From Thermodesulfobacteriota bacterium (lineage in GTDB: Bacteria > Desulfobacterota > Desulfobacteria > Desulfobacterales > C00003060): 64,000 nt of DNA. The notes below the pieces were generated by a model, which was given only the letters and a program-made list of their open reading frames with translations, had not been told where the DNA came from and did not search any database. Below are positions 59,625 to 64,000 of the stretch, one piece after another. The stretch covers positions 1 through 64,000 of the forward strand of contig JAXHVD010000006.1 in assembly GCA_034189385.1 (NCBI GenBank), given 5' to 3'. Each line of letters opens with the position of its first letter. The stretch's first letter is position 1. Position numbers and translations under genes: made by a program.

Positions 59625-62600
59625 ATGCCCACAGCAACTGCAAAAAAGTCTGATCTCATTCAAGCGCACTCGTCTACACCGCCAGGGATGATCTTTTATC
59701 CTTCCCTCGAAGCTGCCACGCAAGACCCTGACCTGCTTGGGTATATTTCAGTCATTAAACGGGCGTGGTGGGAAATGAAACTGGACGGTGTGTTGTGCCT
59801 GGACGGACGCCCCATCTTGTACCTGAAGGAATATTCCCGTCCTTTTCCCACCCGGGAAAGACTCTTGCAGCAACGGCTTTTCTGGAATCAAGGCGTGGCC
59901 AATGTCCTTGTCCTGGCAGACCCAACGTCCGTTCACATTTATTCCGGATTGGCAAGGCCAGCCAAAGACCATACAGATCAATCAGCGTTGGAAAATATGC
60001 TGGTACAACCCCCCCTGGCCCTGACCGATTATGTTCACCTCCTTCAATCCCTGCATCACGCGTTGGCCACAGGTCACTACTATGAAACCCATCAAAACCA
60101 CTTCGACCCACGCCAGGCCGTGGATGCAAGCCTTTTGGATAGTCTCCGGGATTTACGCAACGCATTGATTCAGGGCGATGACAGAATAGATGACACCCAG
60201 AGGGCTCATGCCTTTGTCGGACGTGTGCTCTTCCTCTGTTACCTCCTTGATCGGGAAATCTATTCAATCGGCAAATCAAATGGCAACCGCACAGGAACAA
60301 CGCGCTTTACAGAGTTATTGGAGAAACAACCGGAGCATAAACGAATCGACTTTCTTTATAAGGTTTTCTCCGATCTTAAAGAACGATTCAACGGCAATAT
60401 GTTCGACCAGGATCTGGTTGCCGAGAGGGGTTTGATCAAGCCCTCCCATGTAAATAAGCTGCTTCTTTTTCTCGGCGGTCACGATGTGAAAAGCGGTCAA
60501 GTCTCCTTTTGGCCCTATGACTTTCGAATGATCCCCGTGGAAACCATCAGCGCAGTATATCAGGATTTCCTAAAAACCGAAGACCCTGAAAAACAGCGCA
60601 AGCGCGGCGCATTTTATACACCACGTTTTCTGGCGGAAATGGTAGTGGACACGGCCGTCCGTGAGGACCCAGATGCCCTCGACCGCTCATTTCTCGATCC
60701 TGCCTGCGGGTCCGGCATCTTTCTAGTAATTCTGTTTAACCGGATAGCCAATCGATGGCTGTTGCAAAACAGCCGGGCCCATTACAATACAAAGGTAAAT
60801 GCATTTCAGGAAATCCTTTCACGTCAAATCCATGGTGTCGATTGGGAGGAGACAGCATGTCGTATTGCCTGTTTCAGTCTATATCTGGCTTACCTGGACT
60901 TTTTCGATCCACCGCATATCCAGAAATATATCGAGAGAACCGGCCAGCCCCTGCCGAAACTGTTAGACTACGGCAATACACTTGATAGACCGGCCGCGGA
61001 TATCGCCGTTATTTACCAGGCCGATTTTCTTGCCGACGAAACCCTTGCGGAGGATAAATTCGATTTTATTGTCGGCAACCCTCCATGGGAGGGCCGCGGA
61101 ACCAAACAATTGGCCCAAAAATTTATGGAAAAAGCTCCTCAGATGCTTCGAGACGGCGGCATGGGCTGTTTACTGCTGCCCACTAAAATTCTTCAAAACC
61201 AGACGGATGCGTTTCAGGCCCAATGGTTGACCCTGGTAACCCTTGAAGAAGTGCTACAATTGGCGGATTACAGCTTTTTGCTTTTCCAGAACGCCTTATG
61301 CCCAGCGTTTATTTGTCGCTTCAAGAATGCCTTGCCAAATCGCAACCATCATGTAGTGAAATTTAGCGCGCCGAAATTCAATCGTGACGGACTCCGCCGG
61401 GGAGTTATCAAAATCGATCCATCATCCCGCAAATGGATTCCATTGGCTGACCTTCTCGCTGCCACTCAACATGAAACCGCTCCTGTCGTGTGGAAACGTC
61501 GGCTATGGGGGACGCCACGGGATCAGAAGTTGCTCGATTTGCTTCAAGAGCTACCGTCGTTAAAGGAACATGTTGATGTGCTCAGTGAGTTGCGAAGGAG
61601 AAGACAACCTCAGACCAAAAGATGGGGTATCGGACAGGGACTTAAGCCTTGGCCCAGATCAAAAACAGAATCGGATCGTGAACCAAAGCCAATGTCTTGG
61701 CCTCTCGACACGGCCTTTCTTGATGCGAAGTCATGGAGCAGCGATCTGCTCGTTTTGAGTGATGAGACAATTCTTTTGAAAGACCATTTGGAAAAGAAGG
61801 AATATCGTACTGATATTTTGTACAGCAATCCCCCGGCAACTTTGTTTACATCGCCAGTGATATTGGTAAATCAAGGTTTCAGTAAGGTTGCCTTCTGCAA
61901 TTTCGATGTACTTTTTCAACATTCCCTTCAATCAATTTCTGGTCCTAAGAAGGATGCCAGGCTCTTGAAGTTCCTGACAGCCTACTTGAGATCAAGGTTA
62001 GCCCGATACTTCCTGTTTCATACGTCGGCGAATTGGGGAAGCGAAAGGGATAAAGTGCATCTAAACGAGTTGCTTAGAGTTCCCTTTCCTTTGCCCGGAA
62101 GCGAATTTGTCTCAACGGAGGCGGATCACATCGTGGCCCATGTGGCAAAAAGATTCGGAGAGATGGAAACCTCTTTAAAGAGCAGTCTAAATGCATTGAA
62201 GAAGAAAATTGATAAGAACGCATTGTTTGACCAAGCTGAAGAGGAGGCATTAAGAACCTGGCATCGGAAAAGGAAAACGCTTGTCGATAATCTTCAATCT
62301 GAGTTTGAGCCACTGATCTATCAATATTTTGGTTTGACCGATCAGGAGATTGCCCTGGTTGAAGATACGATTGATATCTTTATCCCCAGTGCCACACCAA
62401 CAACCTGGCGGTCCTCCCGATTGATTACGCTTGATCCATTGGAAAAATCCACGACGTCGCCTTATGCAGAGAAAGGCCTGGGCGCATACGCAGATACCTT
62501 GGCGACAACGTTGAACTCCTGGGCCAAAACAGAAGGATCGCGCCACCGCGTCCGCACCGAGGGCGGCACTGACGACGATACGGGCTTGGCCATGGTTACG

Positions 62601-62861
62601 GTCCACATTACAAAAAAAGAAGTACCATTTAGATACAAGGCTTTGTCCTCAGATCTATCCAAGGTTTTGAAGGCCTTACGGGATCGCGTATCACAAGGAC
62701 AAGGCACTTTGAGATATGAACGCGACATTCTTTTTTTCCAAGGTGAGACAATACATATAGTGCGTCCAAACATCCTCTTGAACTGGACGCGCACGGCTGC
62801 TTTAAATGATGCGGCCAGGATATATGGCGAAATCGCGATAGCAAGAAGGGAATCGCGATGA
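59625..62861 (+). CDS. Large N6-adenine DNA methyltransferase (type IIG/Eco57I-like architecture)
   Basis: IPVETIS.VY, GAFYTP, LDPACGSGIFL (motif I), GNPPW (motif IV); long TRD-like C-terminus. Confidence 0.9.
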   Translation: MPTATAKKSDLIQAHSSTPPGMIFYPSLEAATQDPDLLGYISVIKRAWWEMKLDGVLCLDGRPILYLKEYSRPFPTRERLLQQRLFWNQGVANVLVLADPTSVHIYSGLARPAKDHTDQSALENMLVQPPLALTDYVHLLQSLHHALATGHYYETHQNHFDPRQAVDASLLDSLRDLRNALIQGDDRIDDTQRAHAFVGRVLFLCYLLDREIYSIGKSNGNRTGTTRFTELLEKQPEHKRIDFLYKVFSDLKERFNGNMFDQDLVAERGLIKPSHVNKLLLFLGGHDVKSGQVSFWPYDFRMIPVETISAVYQDFLKTEDPEKQRKRGAFYTPRFLAEMVVDTAVREDPDALDRSFLDPACGSGIFLVILFNRIANRWLLQNSRAHYNTKVNAFQEILSRQIHGVDWEETACRIACFSLYLAYLDFFDPPHIQKYIERTGQPLPKLLDYGNTLDRPAADIAVIYQADFLADETLAEDKFDFIVGNPPWEGRGTKQLAQKFMEKAPQMLRDGGMGCLLLPTKILQNQTDAFQAQWLTLVTLEEVLQLADYSFLLFQNALCPAFICRFKNALPNRNHHVVKFSAPKFNRDGLRRGVIKIDPSSRKWIPLADLLAATQHETAPVVWKRRLWGTPRDQKLLDLLQELPSLKEHVDVLSELRRRRQPQTKRWGIGQGLKPWPRSKTESDREPKPMSWPLDTAFLDAKSWSSDLLVLSDETILLKDHLEKKEYRTDILYSNPPATLFTSPVILVNQGFSKVAFCNFDVLFQHSLQSISGPKKDARLLKFLTAYLRSRLARYFLFHTSANWGSERDKVHLNELLRVPFPLPGSEFVSTEADHIVAHVAKRFGEMETSLKSSLNALKKKIDKNALFDQAEEEALRTWHRKRKTLVDNLQSEFEPLIYQYFGLTDQEIALVEDTIDIFIPSATPTTWRSSRLITLDPLEKSTTSPYAEKGLGAYADTLATTLNSWAKTEGSRHRVRTEGGTDDDTGLAMVTVHITKKEVPFRYKALSSDLSKVLKALRDRVSQGQGTLRYERDILFFQGETIHIVRPNILLNWTRTAALNDAARIYGEIAIARRESR

Positions 62862-63487
62862 CGCGTCACCCGGCAGACAAATTCATCCGGCTTTTCCCGA
62901 GGGAAGATATTCCTGATGTCTTAAGTTCCTTGCTCGAAGCCAGCAAAAGTCTTCAAAAGAAGACCGCCCATGACCATGAGAACTGGATTTCAAGGCGTCT
63001 TTATGGGCGAGTGAAAAGGCTTTTTCCTTTTCGAAACGGCCCTCTTGATATCTGGCTGCAACCCGAGATTGTTGGAACTGATTTGGATGAGGACAAAGCA
63101 TCCGGACAGATTGATTTTCTTGTGTCCCGTGGCCTTGGTGCCGAAGTCTACTTTGCCATTGAAGCGAAGCGTTTGAGAGTCCGTCTAACCAGTGGAAAGC
63201 TGGATGCTGGTAACGACGACTATGTCAATGAAGGCATGATGCGGTTTATTACCGCGCAGTATGCACCTTTCATGAATACGGGGGCCATGCTCGGGTATGT
63301 TTATGACGGAAACCTACAAAAAGCTCGTTCCGGAGTAGCCGGCTATATCGAGAGGGAGGCCGCCGCACTTAGTCTTATAGGCCGGTTTGTTCGCTCCTCC
63401 ATTCTCCCCAAGAAGCCCATTGACGAAACACAACATGCCCTGAAGAATCGTCCTTTCACTATCTATCATCTTTTTCTGGCCGTTTAA
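62858..63487 (+). CDS. Hypothetical protein with PD-(D/E)xK-like motif
   Basis: E...QPE...GQIDF...IEAKRL; ATGA overlap with the MTase. Confidence 0.65.
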   Translation: MTRHPADKFIRLFPREDIPDVLSSLLEASKSLQKKTAHDHENWISRRLYGRVKRLFPFRNGPLDIWLQPEIVGTDLDEDKASGQIDFLVSRGLGAEVYFAIEAKRLRVRLTSGKLDAGNDDYVNEGMMRFITAQYAPFMNTGAMLGYVYDGNLQKARSGVAGYIEREAAALSLIGRFVRSSILPKKPIDETQHALKNRPFTIYHLFLAV

Positions 63488-63499
63488 CGAACGGAAGGT

Positions 63500-63820
63500 A
63501 TGGCTCCCGTTCAGATGAACCAGACGCTTCTGACCGTCATCCGCAGCCTGATCTTCTCGGCCCGCCGCCAGGTGTCACAAGCGGTCAATGCCGGACTCAC
63601 TATGCTTTACTGGGAAATTGGACGTCGCATCCATAAGGATATCATCGAAGAAAAACGGGCGGCCTGCGGCAAGGAGATTGTCCCCGCACCGTGGCAACAA
63701 TTGAATCGGACCCACTTTAAGTCCATGATTCCCATTGGAGATTGCTTCTTGAGACAATCTTACGACAAAACTTGCGACATTGAGTTGTTGCCATTTTTTC
63801 GATACGAGAACACCAGATAA
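63500..63820 (+). pseudogene. DUF1016/YhcG N-terminal fragment
   Basis: AR......VN......YWEIG..I....RA..G..IV, then degenerates. Confidence 0.7.
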
Positions 63821-63829
63821 AGTAAATCA

Positions 63830-64000
63830 ATGCCGAAAAAGAAAACAGGACTGGATCGGTTTTCCGATCTGACTTGGAACGACATCGAAGAATGGGCCGG
63901 CGGGAAAATTGTCTCCAGGGGCAAGAGTTATCAGCGCCAGGGGCGTGTCTCCGAGCTGGCTGCAACGGACGACGGTGCCCTGATCGCCTGGGTGAAAGGC
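63830..64000 (+). CDS. Probable SWIM zinc-finger protein, N-terminus (runs off the window)
   Basis: MPKKKTGLDRFSDLTWNDIEEWAGGKIVSRGKSYQRQGRV...AWVKG; the SWIM motif itself is beyond the edge. Confidence 0.55.
   Translation, partial: MPKKKTGLDRFSDLTWNDIEEWAGGKIVSRGKSYQRQGRVSELAATDDGALIAWVKG

Noticed and set aside
1..64000. CRISPR array or rRNA
   Set aside because: No regularly spaced repeat-spacer units or rRNA-like sequence seen; the repeats present are REP/MITE type.

Overview
Bacterial chromosomal window that looks like Desulfobacterota (sulfate-reducer-like), judged from gene content and repeat families; the taxonomy is an inference. Left end (1-10 kb): an AT-rich Hachiman (hamA-hamB) defence locus whose helicase gene is broken by an IS5 element (TTAA target duplication) and apparently by a second element, followed by a Cache lipoprotein + NCS2 permease pair, nested MITE/REP elements, a complete IS1595-family element and an AAA/DUF4143 ATPase lying inside a split repeat. 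Middle (10-56 kb): mostly housekeeping and metabolic genes (radical SAMs, thioredoxins, fused HisHF, kinases, NadE, DjlA, DAHP synthase, MnmA/MtaB, UppP, PMM/PGM, IHF, PlsY, BamD, TrxAB). Two signals here are missed by the ORF track: a UGA-recoded C-GCAxxG-C-C selenoprotein with a SECIS-like hairpin, and a Trp-rich leader peptide attenuator upstream of DAHP synthase. Right end (56-64 kb): tRNA-Lys/tRNA-Glu, a duplicated tRNA 3' end, a probable integrase scar, and island cargo. The cargo includes a tightly coupled lexA-like repressor + large N6-adenine methyltransferase + small PD-(D/E)xK protein operon with a perfect palindrome over the lexA start. This operon is the best candidate here for an undescribed, DNA-damage-inducible defence system. 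No CRISPR array or rRNA was seen. All family calls come from motif recognition by eye, not database searches.
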